This document shows positions 34,629 through 43,859 of a DNA stretch of 64,000 nt, in pieces. A program made the position numbers and the translations under genes. The stretch lies in IMG/VR virus record IMGVR_UViG_3300022562_000333, positions 1 through 64,000 of that record. One strand, given 5' to 3'. This DNA comes from a virus. The notes under the pieces are model-generated. The model worked only from the letters and a program-made list of their open reading frames with translations. It was not told the DNA's origin and ran no database searches. Each line of letters begins with the position of its first letter. Position 1 is the first letter of the stretch.

Positions 34629-36141
34629 GAACAGACGCCCCTTTTAGCAAAGACGAGCGAAGCTCTTTGAAGATCCGACGCCAAACGCTAGGTGTTACCG
34701 GGTTACGACCATCGCGAAGACGGTTGGCGTCAAATACAAGGGGTTGCTTGGTGTGCTTGTTTGCAGGCAGGTTGGCCGGCATAACCTGCGTATCGAACTC
34801 ACTCAAAGCACAGGGATCCTCCCCCATGTTCCCCAGCTTGGGCTGGGCCACATACTTAGGGGGCGGCGCAGACGGAACCGCCTGGACGGGCGGTAGGGCT
34901 ACCTGAACGGGGGCGGGAGGCGGGGCTGCCTGGACGGGGGGTGAGGCTGCCGGGGGGGCCGGAGACGGGGCTGCCTGGACGGGGGGTGGGGACTCAACCG
35001 GGGCTGCCTGGACGGGAGGTGGGGCTGCCTGGACGGGCGCTACCGCTACGGGCTGAAAGACCTGTTGAGGTTGCGTCTGCATCGCAGGGTCGAGAATCAC
35101 CCCAGCGGCGAGCTGCTTGGCGAGCGTCACGACATCACAGATCAGACCGATCTTCGTGACGTACCGTGAGTGCATGAAGTGCTTGGTGATCTTGATGAGC
35201 TGGTCCCCGTAGAGCTGGTACGCCTTTTGGCTCAGCTCCTTGTCAGCGAAGGTGAAGTCCGCCGTCATGCCGTTCGCCAAGCGGAACGAGGTCATGGCCG
35301 CTTCTGCGATACCCGAAGCAACCTCTTCAGGGGTGACCCGCTCACAAGCCTGGTCGATGAAGTCCAGGGCTTCTTTGGTGGCGCTCGGGATGCGAAGCAG
35401 GATCTCGTAGAAGAGGGAGATGGCGGAGAGGTTGAGGTGGTCGCGGACACTCTCCACCGTGACCGGCCCCATTTGAGCCACCATCTCCAGCTTGTTCAAG
35501 GTGTCGCGAACACCCCCGCCGCAGAAGTCGATGACCGTGAGGACCCCTTCGTCTTGGTGCTCCACGTTCTCTTGTGCGAGCACCATTTTCATCCGAGCGA
35601 GGATGTCGTCTCGGGTGACCTTACGGATCGCGTGCTCCTCGCACCGGGACCGGATCGCCCCACGAACCTTCTCCGGCTCCGTCGTACAAAACATCCCGAC
35701 GAGCTTTTTCTCTTCCAGGGGCTTGAGCAGGACGTCCTGTGCGTCCTTCGACATCCGGTGGCACTCGTCGATGACGTAAACCCTCTTCTTTGCCCCGAAG
35801 ACGGCAAAGGGGAGGTCATCCACGACCTTCCTGACGTACTCGATGGTCCCTCGACTAGCGGCGTCAAATTCGACGATAGCGCCCGCTGCATCGCTCAACG
35901 AAGCCTTGCAGTTGTCGCACTCGTTGCAAGGTTCAGGGTCACTTGGGTCGAGCTGTTGGCAGATCACAGCCCTGGCGAGGATTCTCGCAAGGGTGGTCTT
36001 ACCCTGTCCTGGTCCACCCCAAAACAGGTAGTTCGTGTCCAAGGCGGTGCCGTTCTTGAGCCTCGATTTGAGGATCTGAACGGCACCTTCTTGCCCGAGG
36101 ACGTCAGCGAACTTGAGCGGCCTGTACTTCGTATCCCACAC
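34615..36141 (-). CDS. dnaX: DNA polymerase III clamp loader gamma/tau subunit
   Basis: KYRPLKFADVLGQ, GGPGQGKTTLAR, C..PCNECDNC, IDECHRM, LLKPLEE and IRSRC, with a Pro-rich linker. Confidence 0.93.
   Translation of the reverse strand: MWDTKYRPLKFADVLGQEGAVQILKSRLKNGTALDTNYLFWGGPGQGKTTLARILARAVICQQLDPSDPEPCNECDNCKASLSDAAGAIVEFDAASRGTIEYVRKVVDDLPFAVFGAKKRVYVIDECHRMSKDAQDVLLKPLEEKKLVGMFCTTEPEKVRGAIRSRCEEHAIRKVTRDDILARMKMVLAQENVEHQDEGVLTVIDFCGGGVRDTLNKLEMVAQMGPVTVESVRDHLNLSAISLFYEILLRIPSATKEALDFIDQACERVTPEEVASGIAEAAMTSFRLANGMTADFTFADKELSQKAYQLYGDQLIKITKHFMHSRYVTKIGLICDVVTLAKQLAAGVILDPAMQTQPQQVFQPVAVAPVQAAPPPVQAAPVESPPPVQAAPSPAPPAASPPVQAAPPPAPVQVALPPVQAVPSAPPPKYVAQPKLGNMGEDPCALSEFDTQVMPANLPANKHTKQPLVFDANRLRDGRNPVTPSVWRRIFKELRSSLLKGASVRGEA
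34876..35040 (-). repeat. Coding repeats (PVQAA/PVQVA) in the DnaX linker
   Basis: Recurrent gcctggacggg units. Confidence 0.8.
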
Positions 36142-36154
36142 GATGAAACCTCAC

Positions 36155-36646
36155 TCAGTGAGCGGCGGCTCCAGTCGTTTGGGTCTGTTGAGCATCTACC
36201 CCAGCCGTCATGTAGCTGAGGTCCAGGGTGTTCGCGACCGAGACGAAGTTGACGAGGTCGTCGTTCCAGGCTCCGTGCCTACGGAGGATGGTCGAGAACT
36301 CCTGTACGTCGGGCTCCCGGAGCTTCCACTTCATGTCCCCCGTCTCCTCGTCCTCTTCCCCGAAGCAGCGCTCCAAGAGATGATCGACGAGAGCCGTCCG
36401 CTTGGGTCCGTCGAGGGGGTTCCAGGCATCCAAGGCGACTTCGATGAGGTAGTCTGATTCGATGAGGAAGATCATGAGGTCGCTGCACTTCTTGACCGTG
36501 CCGTAGACGACCTTGCCACCCTTCTTGCCAGCCTTCTCCTTGAAGACGTAGCGGAACCGAGCTGTCGCCAATTCCGGGTGGTGCGCAGGGATGAGCTGGC
36601 TTGCGATAGACTCCACTCCCTCGGCGTTTTCGTACGTCTGACCCAT
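36155..36646 (-). CDS. Phage metallopeptidase-like domain protein with a degenerate site (163 aa)
   Basis: HPELATARFRYVF..DYLIEV..W..L..RTALVDHLLERC..REPDVQEFSTILRRHGAW; HLLER replaces the usual HELxH. Confidence 0.65.
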   Translation of the reverse strand: MGQTYENAEGVESIASQLIPAHHPELATARFRYVFKEKAGKKGGKVVYGTVKKCSDLMIFLIESDYLIEVALDAWNPLDGPKRTALVDHLLERCFGEEDEETGDMKWKLREPDVQEFSTILRRHGAWNDDLVNFVSVANTLDLSYMTAGVDAQQTQTTGAAAH

Positions 36647-36648
36647 GT

Positions 36649-37347
36649 TCACTCCATTTGCGCTAGAAGATACGGCTTGAATCGGTCGTCGCCCCACGCT
36701 TCCCAGAGGTCACCGGGGTCTTTGACTGGTTTGCCTCGCAGGGTGAGCCCTACGGGGTACTCGGGAATACGAACCTCAAATAAGTCCCCGCATTCTTTGC
36801 GGAATGTGGCGCACGCTTTACGGCCGATCGCATCATTATCATAAAAGAGGTAGGTGCGCTTTACAAGACGCTTGAAGGTGCGGAGGAGTACATCACTGAC
36901 CTTGGCGGTCAAGGTGGCAATCGTGAAAGGTACAACGCGCTGCGTTGGAAAGAAGTCGAAGACCCCTTCCACTGGGAGAGCTGACTCGGTCTCCCAAATT
37001 GAAGGCATGGCTTGACCTAGCCCGAAAAAGACTGGCTCTGCGTGCGTGAGGAGGTAGTCCGAGTAGATCCCACCTTCCCGCTCCACACCCCTGAATTGAA
37101 ACCCCTGAATCTCACCAAGAGGGTTGGTGAGCGGGAAGACGTAGCAGTCTTGGAGCTTGCGACCCTTCCAGCACCACTCCAAAAACTCCTCGGGGTACTC
37201 GGCCTCCGGGAGCTTCCTGTCTAGGTAACCTACCCGAAGGAGATCGATCTGCTCGTCTGAGGCGCCACGGGACCAGAGGGCTTCACGGACGCGTTCGTCC
37301 ACCCCCTTTTGCGCGTACTCTACGAGCGTCTCAACCCAGGCTGTCAT
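36649..37347 (-). CDS. DnaG-like primase core (TOPRIM), no zinc-binding domain (232 aa)
   Basis: VFPL..G.I.GFQFR, VEGVFD, LFYDNDAIG and KDPGD. Confidence 0.85.
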   Translation of the reverse strand: MTAWVETLVEYAQKGVDERVREALWSRGASDEQIDLLRVGYLDRKLPEAEYPEEFLEWCWKGRKLQDCYVFPLTNPLGEIQGFQFRGVEREGGIYSDYLLTHAEPVFFGLGQAMPSIWETESALPVEGVFDFFPTQRVVPFTIATLTAKVSDVLLRTFKRLVKRTYLFYDNDAIGRKACATFRKECGDLFEVRIPEYPVGLTLRGKPVKDPGDLWEAWGDDRFKPYLLAQME

Positions 37348-37900
37348 TCGGTCGCACCACCATCAACGTCCGGGGGACGTTGTAGAACTGGAGACCGAGA
37401 TAGTCCCCGACCCTGGTATAGACACCGAGGGCTGGAGGACTGGCAGCAACTAGAGCACATCCTTGAGGAAGTGGGCCTACAACCACCTGTAGACCTTGGA
37501 TCGAAACGGACTCCCCTTCCGAAAGCTCGTGGTCCGATGGGACCACGATGGTCTTCGGGGGGGTGTTCGACTTGTTCATGGCGGCTAGGGCTTCTGGGAT
37601 CCCCCCAAATACATTGGCCCACCCGGAAGTGGTGGCGAGCTGTAGAACGGTGCTGTAGAGCCGCTCCAACACGTCGTTCTCATGGGACGGAGGGCACATA
37701 AAGAAGGCGTACCGAGCGTTCCCCGCCGCCCCACGCTTGCTAGGCAAAAAGAGGCCACGCATGTTCGTGACCAAGAGAGTTTCGACGTTTTCCGGGACTT
37801 GCCGCTCCTCCATAGCCGGAACAGAGAAACCCCCGGCGCTCGCTGCGCGTTGGCGGAGCCGCTCCGTCACGAGCAAGTGGGAAAGAGCGGAAAAGTTCAA
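37331..37900 (-). CDS. Hypothetical protein whose C-terminal half resembles the MCP C-terminal part (189 aa)
   Basis: Manual alignment with the MCP C-terminus (see findings). Confidence 0.6.
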   Translation of the reverse strand: MNFSALSHLLVTERLRQRAASAGGFSVPAMEERQVPENVETLLVTNMRGLFLPSKRGAAGNARYAFFMCPPSHENDVLERLYSTVLQLATTSGWANVFGGIPEALAAMNKSNTPPKTIVVPSDHELSEGESVSIQGLQVVVGPLPQGCALVAASPPALGVYTRVGDYLGLQFYNVPRTLMVVRPNDSLG

Positions 37901-38517
37901 CTCCGGAGCCTCTTAGGCTCCGCTCCGAGAAGGCGGAGGAGCCAAGCCTTCCACCACGGCACAACGGTTTCCACGGGAGCTTCGGGGATCGTAGCCTCAG
38001 CGGCTTCCACGGGAACAGGGGGAGCCTCGGCTTCCCCTACCAGCTCGTCGATCTTCTCCTGAGTCTCAACGATCTGAGGTTGTTCCTTCGCTTCAGTTTC
38101 TTCCAAGAGCCACATGAGGGCGAAGACCTCGGGTAGATGCTCCCGAGCCCACGCCTCGTCCCGGAGCTGCTCGCGAAACTCTTTGAGCAGGTCCGCCTTG
38201 AGCTTCGCAGGCTTGAAGTCCGGACACCTTTTCGCGTCAATCGGGTCCTCGCAAATGGTACCACCCCAGGTCTCGGGGTCGTCCGAGCCGAGCATGCAAA
38301 GACCGATGGTCTGGATGACGGGGAGCCCTCGTCCGTTCGCGATACGGTTGTAGCCTTCGTTGGGCTCCCCATCCACTTGCTTGCGTTGGTCGAGCGGATG
38401 ACGGTGGTTGTGAACGCAGCGATGCGGAAGCCTCTCCGAAGCCTCCGCAATCCGCTTGTTCACCTCTTCCGCTAGGAGCTGGTTGAGGCGAACCCGAACT
38501 TCGGGCTCGCCTCTCAC
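37897..38517 (-). CDS. Hypothetical Cys/His-containing protein (206 aa)
   Basis: Overlapping start/stop coupling; RCVHNH..C..C..C, with amphipathic C-terminus PWWKAWLLRLLG. Confidence 0.65.
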   Translation of the reverse strand: MRGEPEVRVRLNQLLAEEVNKRIAEASERLPHRCVHNHRHPLDQRKQVDGEPNEGYNRIANGRGLPVIQTIGLCMLGSDDPETWGGTICEDPIDAKRCPDFKPAKLKADLLKEFREQLRDEAWAREHLPEVFALMWLLEETEAKEQPQIVETQEKIDELVGEAEAPPVPVEAAEATIPEAPVETVVPWWKAWLLRLLGAEPKRLRS

Positions 38518-39206
38518 GATACGCTCCGCAGCTTTTTCACCACGAACTCCTGCCTTACACCTTGGGTCTTCGAGTCCCCGTGGTACGAGAGAGTCGCGTG
38601 GTCAATGAAAGCGGGCTTGTGGGTTACCATGAGCAGAGACAGATCACTCGTGGCCGCTAGTTTTTGGAGAAACTGTCCCGTCGCCTCGATGTAGTCATCG
38701 GAGACAGCCGCGAGAGTCTCATCAAGCAACAACGTGCGCTGCCGTTTCAGCCGGAGGAGGGTGAGGATCCGAAGAATGAGGCTGGCGATGCTTGACGGAC
38801 CACCCCCGAACGAGTCGAGAGGGGAGCCTTTGATTCCACCGTTGTCCGGGTCGCCTTGGCAGATGTAGAACTCGACCGCGATCTTGTTGTACTTCTGCGA
38901 CACTTCGGCCCGGAAGCTGAGGTCTTGGTCGAAGAAGATCGTACGAAGGCCCTCGGACACGATGGTCTCGATGGTGCGCACCTGACCCATGACCATCTGG
39001 TCCATGAGGACCCGGTATAGTTCCGCGACTTTGGTGAGGACTTCTTGGCGACGGGCTAGCTCCGCGATCTCCACCTCTTTAGAGACCAACTCCCGAGAGA
39101 GTTGATCTCGCATCGTCTTGAGGCGAATCGCGGAGGTCTGTAGATGCCTGACCCGTTGCGCCCAGCCGTCTACTCCTTCGACGGCATGAAGCGGGTCACT
39201 CGGCAT
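38514..39206 (-). CDS. SbcC/Rad50-like ABC ATPase, C-terminal half
   Basis: Short coiled coil, signature-like SFGGG, Walker B LLLDE and H-loop MVTH; no Walker A. Confidence 0.85.
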   Translation of the reverse strand: MPSDPLHAVEGVDGWAQRVRHLQTSAIRLKTMRDQLSRELVSKEVEIAELARRQEVLTKVAELYRVLMDQMVMGQVRTIETIVSEGLRTIFFDQDLSFRAEVSQKYNKIAVEFYICQGDPDNGGIKGSPLDSFGGGPSSIASLILRILTLLRLKRQRTLLLDETLAAVSDDYIEATGQFLQKLAATSDLSLLMVTHKPAFIDHATLSYHGDSKTQGVRQEFVVKKLRSVS

Positions 39207-40411
39207 GAGAACGTACCTTCTGGTTCGACGGTCACGTTGCCGCTTTCGTCCAGGTGAAAGTCATCGATCGTGCGGAACATACCCACTTCCTTGCGGTCCG
39301 CCGACGCTGGGACGATCAGGATGTGGAACTCGACCTCGTTGTTCTTGACCTTCTCCACGAGGTCGATCATGTGGTTCAGGTTGATGTTGAAGCTCCAGTC
39401 ACGGGCCTCGATCATCTCCGTTTCACCCTCTTTCTTGGGGCGAACCCTGACCGGGATGCTGTCCGTCTTGGACGTCCCTTCCGAAACGCCGAACTGAAGC
39501 TGACGCCTCTCGTGGTTGAAGATGATCTTGATCTTGTCGCGGTCCTTGTCCAACTCACTACGCGTGTACTTGAGTGAGTTGAGGAATTGGACCTTGTCGA
39601 TGAGAAAGATGTTCTTGTCGTTCTTGAGAGCGTAGTATTTGAACTGGGGATGGCTCTTGGCGTGCTTGGGCCAACCGAGCACCTGACCCGAAACGTTCTC
39701 CAAGAACGTGAAGTGAGAGCCGATTCGGAACGTCACCTTGCCAGCGCTCTTGCTGAGAAACTGCTGGAGGGGGCCGAGGTGTTGTCCGTGGACCTCGACA
39801 CCTTTGCCGGCGAAGGCGTCGCACCAGAAGTAGTAGGCGCGAACGGAGTCGGCTGCGAAGAGGTGACCGTCACCCTTGGCGTGTTCAGGCTTCGAGCCGT
39901 CGAACACCTGAACCGCCTTGTACTGCTCTTCCGCCTTGGTGTCCGAAGCCTCTGCCATAAACGGCTTCGCCATGTCGATGGCCTGCCTGAGAATGGCCGT
40001 GGGGTAGTCGTACGTCGTCGTGGTGGCCTTCAGATCGTCATCACACGTCGAGAGGAGCCGTGGACTGAATGAGCTTCGCTCCGTACGAGCACCGTTGCCC
40101 GCTTCGTAGCGAACGATGAACCGCTCATCCTCCTTAGCTTCCGCCTCGAAGGTGAGGTTTTGCCCATCGAGGTAGTTGAGAGCTTCGATGTACTCGGCCG
40201 GGTAGACGAACTGGCCGTCCCCGTCCGACTCCTCCAGCTTGAGGTTGGCTCGGGCGACACACTGATCGTTCCGAGAGTAGACCTGGCAATCGAGCCCGGT
40301 CACCACGAAGAGGTACCCGGCTCCCCCTTGAGGGGTCACGGGTCGCGGCTTGACGATCTTGACGAGGTCGAGCGCTGCGATCAAATTCGACGCGTTGAGT
40401 TTGATTTTCAT
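39170..40411 (-). CDS. dnaN: Sliding clamp, DNA Pol III beta-like (413 aa)
   Basis: N-terminus MKIKLNASNLIAALDLV, C-terminus FMP, size consistent with three domains, and dnaX/holA/holB nearby. Confidence 0.72.
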   Translation of the reverse strand: MKIKLNASNLIAALDLVKIVKPRPVTPQGGAGYLFVVTGLDCQVYSRNDQCVARANLKLEESDGDGQFVYPAEYIEALNYLDGQNLTFEAEAKEDERFIVRYEAGNGARTERSSFSPRLLSTCDDDLKATTTTYDYPTAILRQAIDMAKPFMAEASDTKAEEQYKAVQVFDGSKPEHAKGDGHLFAADSVRAYYFWCDAFAGKGVEVHGQHLGPLQQFLSKSAGKVTFRIGSHFTFLENVSGQVLGWPKHAKSHPQFKYYALKNDKNIFLIDKVQFLNSLKYTRSELDKDRDKIKIIFNHERRQLQFGVSEGTSKTDSIPVRVRPKKEGETEMIEARDWSFNINLNHMIDLVEKVKNNEVEFHILIVPASADRKEVGMFRTIDDFHLDESGNVTVEPEGTFSCRVTRFMPSKE

Positions 40412-40418
40412 CTGTTCC

Positions 40419-40694
40419 TCACTTCTTGTCGTAAGCGCTCAGGTTGGTCTCGGCTTCCACAAGGCCCTTCTCGAACTCCTCGATGAGAGACTCAAGCTCT
40501 TGCTGCACCTTGTTGCGGTCCTCGACGAGCGTTTTGGGGTTATACCCCGCCGCCTGGATCTCCTTGACGAGAGCGGCTAGCTCATCCCGCTTGGATCGAA
40601 GCTCACCACCCAACTCCGCCTTGCGTTTTATGAGGTGGCCGTGCCGCGTTTGAAGGTCTTGGATCTTCTCGTTTAGTTCTTCTGGGGAGCGCAT
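40419..40694 (-). CDS. Small coiled-coil protein (91 aa)
   Basis: SD GAGGA; heptad pattern throughout. Confidence 0.7.
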   Translation of the reverse strand: MRSPEELNEKIQDLQTRHGHLIKRKAELGGELRSKRDELAALVKEIQAAGYNPKTLVEDRNKVQQELESLIEEFEKGLVEAETNLSAYDKK

Positions 40695-40702
40695 GGGGGT
40701 CC

Positions 40703-41656
40703 TCACTCGTCGTCAAGGCATAGACCTGGTTCTACTACACCGGGTTTCGGAAGTGCTACTCGGGACTTGCGCCGAAATGAAGCCACCTTCTTGGCCCCAT
40801 CTTCGCAACGTTCCACGTAGGCGCAGAGACGGCAGTGATCCCCAGCTTGCGCCGGGAACCTTTCCTGTCGAAGCTCATCGTGACTTTGGATGAGCCCGGA
40901 AACCTTCTCTAGCTCAGAGACGGATGACCCGATGCGATTCATCGTGGCCAGGATCTCGTTCTGGAGGGCGTTGAGGTCCGCGTTCGTGAACTGGACCCAC
41001 TCGATGGCCCGCTCGTCCTCGAACATCCAGAAGACGTACCCGATCTTGTCAGGGATCACGTTCAACTTGGCTCGGTGAAGCATGGCGTACCACTTGAGCT
41101 GCGTACCTTGGATCTTCTGGCCGGGCTTCAACTCCTTGCCATCGACGTACTTCTCCCGCCACTTGGAGCCCTTACCATCGAGGATCACGAGATCCTCGTG
41201 GGGGGCGATACGCTTGATCACGAAGTCGGCGCGACCCCCAATCATGTGCTCAGCGAAACGATGGTCGAGCTTCATCTCAGCCACCGCATGAGTGCCCAGA
41301 AGGCGGTTCTGGCGGATCGTCTTGACCCCTCGGGGGACAGCTTCCTTCGCAGCGGAGATGACTTCCTCGCGGCTGTGGTAGTTCGACTTCTCGTCGTGCC
41401 AGTCGTACACGCGACCCTTCTGGTCCTTCATCGCCATGTCGAGTGACGGCTCAACGAGCGATAGGAGGTAGTCCAGGTAGTCCACCCGGCGCCAAAGACG
41501 GTCTCGATAGAACGCCTCGAAGACCAGACCCACGGTGCTCCCGTAGAGCGCGTTCACCCCGTTCTCGGCGGAAACCAACGTCTTGTTGACGTATCTGTTC
41601 CAATAAGCGAACGGGCATTCGCCGTACATCTTGAACCCGGAATAGGAGAGGTACAC
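40703..41656 (-). CDS. PD-(D/E)XK nuclease, RecB/AddB/Cas4-like with an Fe-S-type Cys set (317 aa)
   Basis: LSYS...ECP, GRAD, ILDGK, QLKWY and CRLCAYVERC. Confidence 0.85.
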   Translation of the reverse strand: MYLSYSGFKMYGECPFAYWNRYVNKTLVSAENGVNALYGSTVGLVFEAFYRDRLWRRVDYLDYLLSLVEPSLDMAMKDQKGRVYDWHDEKSNYHSREEVISAAKEAVPRGVKTIRQNRLLGTHAVAEMKLDHRFAEHMIGGRADFVIKRIAPHEDLVILDGKGSKWREKYVDGKELKPGQKIQGTQLKWYAMLHRAKLNVIPDKIGYVFWMFEDERAIEWVQFTNADLNALQNEILATMNRIGSSVSELEKVSGLIQSHDELRQERFPAQAGDHCRLCAYVERCEDGAKKVASFRRKSRVALPKPGVVEPGLCLDDE

Positions 41657-41662
41657 GGTGGG

Positions 41663-42640
41663 TCACCCTACGGAGTCGACAAGTTCCAGGTAACGGAGAG
41701 CTTCCTCTCGCACGTTGTCGGCGAAATTCAGGCCCCGGATGTTGGCTTCGATGGAGGAGTTGGGGTCGATCACCCCATCTGAGAGAAGCTGGAGAACGAA
41801 CTGATCGATGTCCCGACGTTCCTTCTCTTGGGCGGCCTTCTTCTCCAGGTCGAAGACCTCCTCGGCGGGAGCAACGGAGAGCGGGATGACCGTCACCTTG
41901 ACATCACCCCCATCGATCTCGACGAGAGCTACCTGCGGGGTTCGTTGAAGGTTCTCCCTTACGAGGGCTCCACGTGAGACAGCCCCGACGTTGATGAACT
42001 GGCGGCCGTGGATGACCTCTACTCCTTGGTCCTTGTGCCAGTGCCCAAAGCACCACGCATCGGGGCCGTTGCGGCTTATGAGGGCCTCGTACGGGAACAC
42101 GGGCTCGTTGAAGAAGTCCTCTGCTTGAGCTGGGGGCTTCTTACCGGCGAGAGCGTGGACCATCGCGATGAGGTGGGTATCGCCAGGCTGCTTCTGGATC
42201 TTGAGCAGGTCGTCCAGGGTTCGAGTCGGGCTGTAAGGGACTCCTACGACCCGTACTTGAAGGTTTCCGTCGTTGAAGACCTGCTCCCGGAGTTGGTGGA
42301 ACACGCCGCTGGCATACAAGACGCCCAGAGGTTGCTTCCCCAGGGTCTCCAGGTTGTTGAACGAGATGTCGTGGTTGCCTTCGATTTCGTATACGGGGCA
42401 TGGGTAACCCCGGTGAACGCGAGCTGACTTCTCCACTAAGGCATGCGAGTTTTTCGACGACGCCTTGACGTGGAAGTAGTCCCCCGCATCGAGAACGGCC
42501 GTGGCTTCTCTAGCCTTAGCGATGGCGCCAATCTGTTCGAGGTTGCTCCAAATCTCGGCTGGGTAGTCACCCTTCCAAGAAATGGGGCTCCGATCCGAGA
42601 CATGAACGTCCGTCCTCGTGAGGAAGGCGAGTCTAGGCAT
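41663..42640 (-). CDS. sbcD: SbcD/Mre11 metallophosphoesterase nuclease
   Basis: TDVH, AGDYFH, GNHD, MVH, FGHWH and NVGA motifs. Confidence 0.9.
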   Translation of the reverse strand: MPRLAFLTRTDVHVSDRSPISWKGDYPAEIWSNLEQIGAIAKAREATAVLDAGDYFHVKASSKNSHALVEKSARVHRGYPCPVYEIEGNHDISFNNLETLGKQPLGVLYASGVFHQLREQVFNDGNLQVRVVGVPYSPTRTLDDLLKIQKQPGDTHLIAMVHALAGKKPPAQAEDFFNEPVFPYEALISRNGPDAWCFGHWHKDQGVEVIHGRQFINVGAVSRGALVRENLQRTPQVALVEIDGGDVKVTVIPLSVAPAEEVFDLEKKAAQEKERRDIDQFVLQLLSDGVIDPNSSIEANIRGLNFADNVREEALRYLELVDSVG

Positions 42641-43859
42641 GGAGGTGACGCCCCGATTGAACCGGCTGCGTACAGGTTGGGCACACGCCGAGAGCGTCCA
42701 CCTCGCCTTGAACGAGCTTCTCCTCCGCCTCGGTAGCGTCCAGCTCGGCCTGAACCTGCTGAATCGACTTCGTGATGGAGGTATGTTTGGAAGCGAACCG
42801 CGTCAGCTCCCGGAGCTTGTCCCGGTTCGTTTCGAGAGGGTCGAGCGCCGGCAAGATGATCTTCTCCGCTGCCTCAAGAGCGGTGAACCTCGCCTTGTAG
42901 GAGCGCATCCGTTGGATCCACTTGTCCAGTTGGCGGATCTTGTCGATGACCTCTTGGAGTCCCTCGATGGCGGGAACCAAACCGAGGAACTTGTCGACCC
43001 ATGAAAGGTTCTTGAAGTCCTCCACCCGTCTGTTTAATTCGTTGGCGAACTTTGTGAGCAGCGTCGCCTTCTTGGACTGTGTGAGGACGGTCTCCAAGTC
43101 GGGTACTGCTACCGAGTTGATCTCCCAGAGCGCTTTGAGTCGAGCAACCAGAGCCCCGGTCGTGGTGATGTATCGGTCCAACACGGTGACGCGTTGAGCC
43201 TCTGATTCCACCCTAACCAGAGCACGGACGGCTGACTCCGTCTTGTCGAGAGCCGCGTCTAGGCCATCGTACGCGGCAAGTCGAACACGAAGCTCCTCCG
43301 CATCCTTCTCGCGGATCTTCTTGGTAGATACGACTTCCCGTCGATCCTTCTCCACCATCTTCGTGGCAGCGGTCACCCGGTCAAGACGAGCCACATCGGA
43401 GATGGCCTCCGCTACGGCTGGCCCAGACTGGTTGAGCAGGAAGATGGGGAAGAACTGGTCCGCAACCTGGATGCTGCCGACGTCATCCCCAACTTTGACT
43501 GGAGCGAAGCCGCTCGTGATGAGGAAGTCGGGGATGCCCTGCCCAGGCTTGTCGTAGACCTGCCCGTTGAACGTGTATTTGTTGACGGAGTCACCCTTCT
43601 CCCAGAGAAGGTCAAACCCTTCTGCCTTGAGGCGAACCGTCGTCTGACACTTGCACGTCTTGGCCCCACGAACGGACCGAGCGCAGTAGGTGGTATGGCG
43701 TACGAACGAGGTCCCGAGGGAGTTGGTGAGGGCGCACTTGATGGCCCTCACCACGGCTGACTTCCCGATGTTGGAGCGACCAACAAGGGCTGTAAAGCCG
43801 TCAATACGAATCGAGACTTGCTCGATTGATTGAAACCCCCGTATTTCGACCTCAACCAT
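42633..43859 (-). CDS. sbcC: SbcC/Rad50-like ABC ATPase, N-terminal half ending in a zinc hook
   Basis: IRGFQS, Walker A GRSNIGKS, Q-loop ADQF, long coiled coil and terminal CPTC. Confidence 0.88.
   Translation of the reverse strand: MVEVEIRGFQSIEQVSIRIDGFTALVGRSNIGKSAVVRAIKCALTNSLGTSFVRHTTYCARSVRGAKTCKCQTTVRLKAEGFDLLWEKGDSVNKYTFNGQVYDKPGQGIPDFLITSGFAPVKVGDDVGSIQVADQFFPIFLLNQSGPAVAEAISDVARLDRVTAATKMVEKDRREVVSTKKIREKDAEELRVRLAAYDGLDAALDKTESAVRALVRVESEAQRVTVLDRYITTTGALVARLKALWEINSVAVPDLETVLTQSKKATLLTKFANELNRRVEDFKNLSWVDKFLGLVPAIEGLQEVIDKIRQLDKWIQRMRSYKARFTALEAAEKIILPALDPLETNRDKLRELTRFASKHTSITKSIQQVQAELDATEAEEKLVQGEVDALGVCPTCTQPVQSGRHLHA

Noticed and set aside
35703-35712. dnaX -1 frameshift site (G AAA AAG)
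   Set aside because: It is not the A AAA AAG heptamer and lies inside the AAA+ core, where a shift would destroy the protein.
40703-41656. Cas4 as evidence for a CRISPR-Cas locus
   Set aside because: No cas1/cas2 or array is present; solo RecB/Cas4-like nucleases are common in phage recombination clusters.
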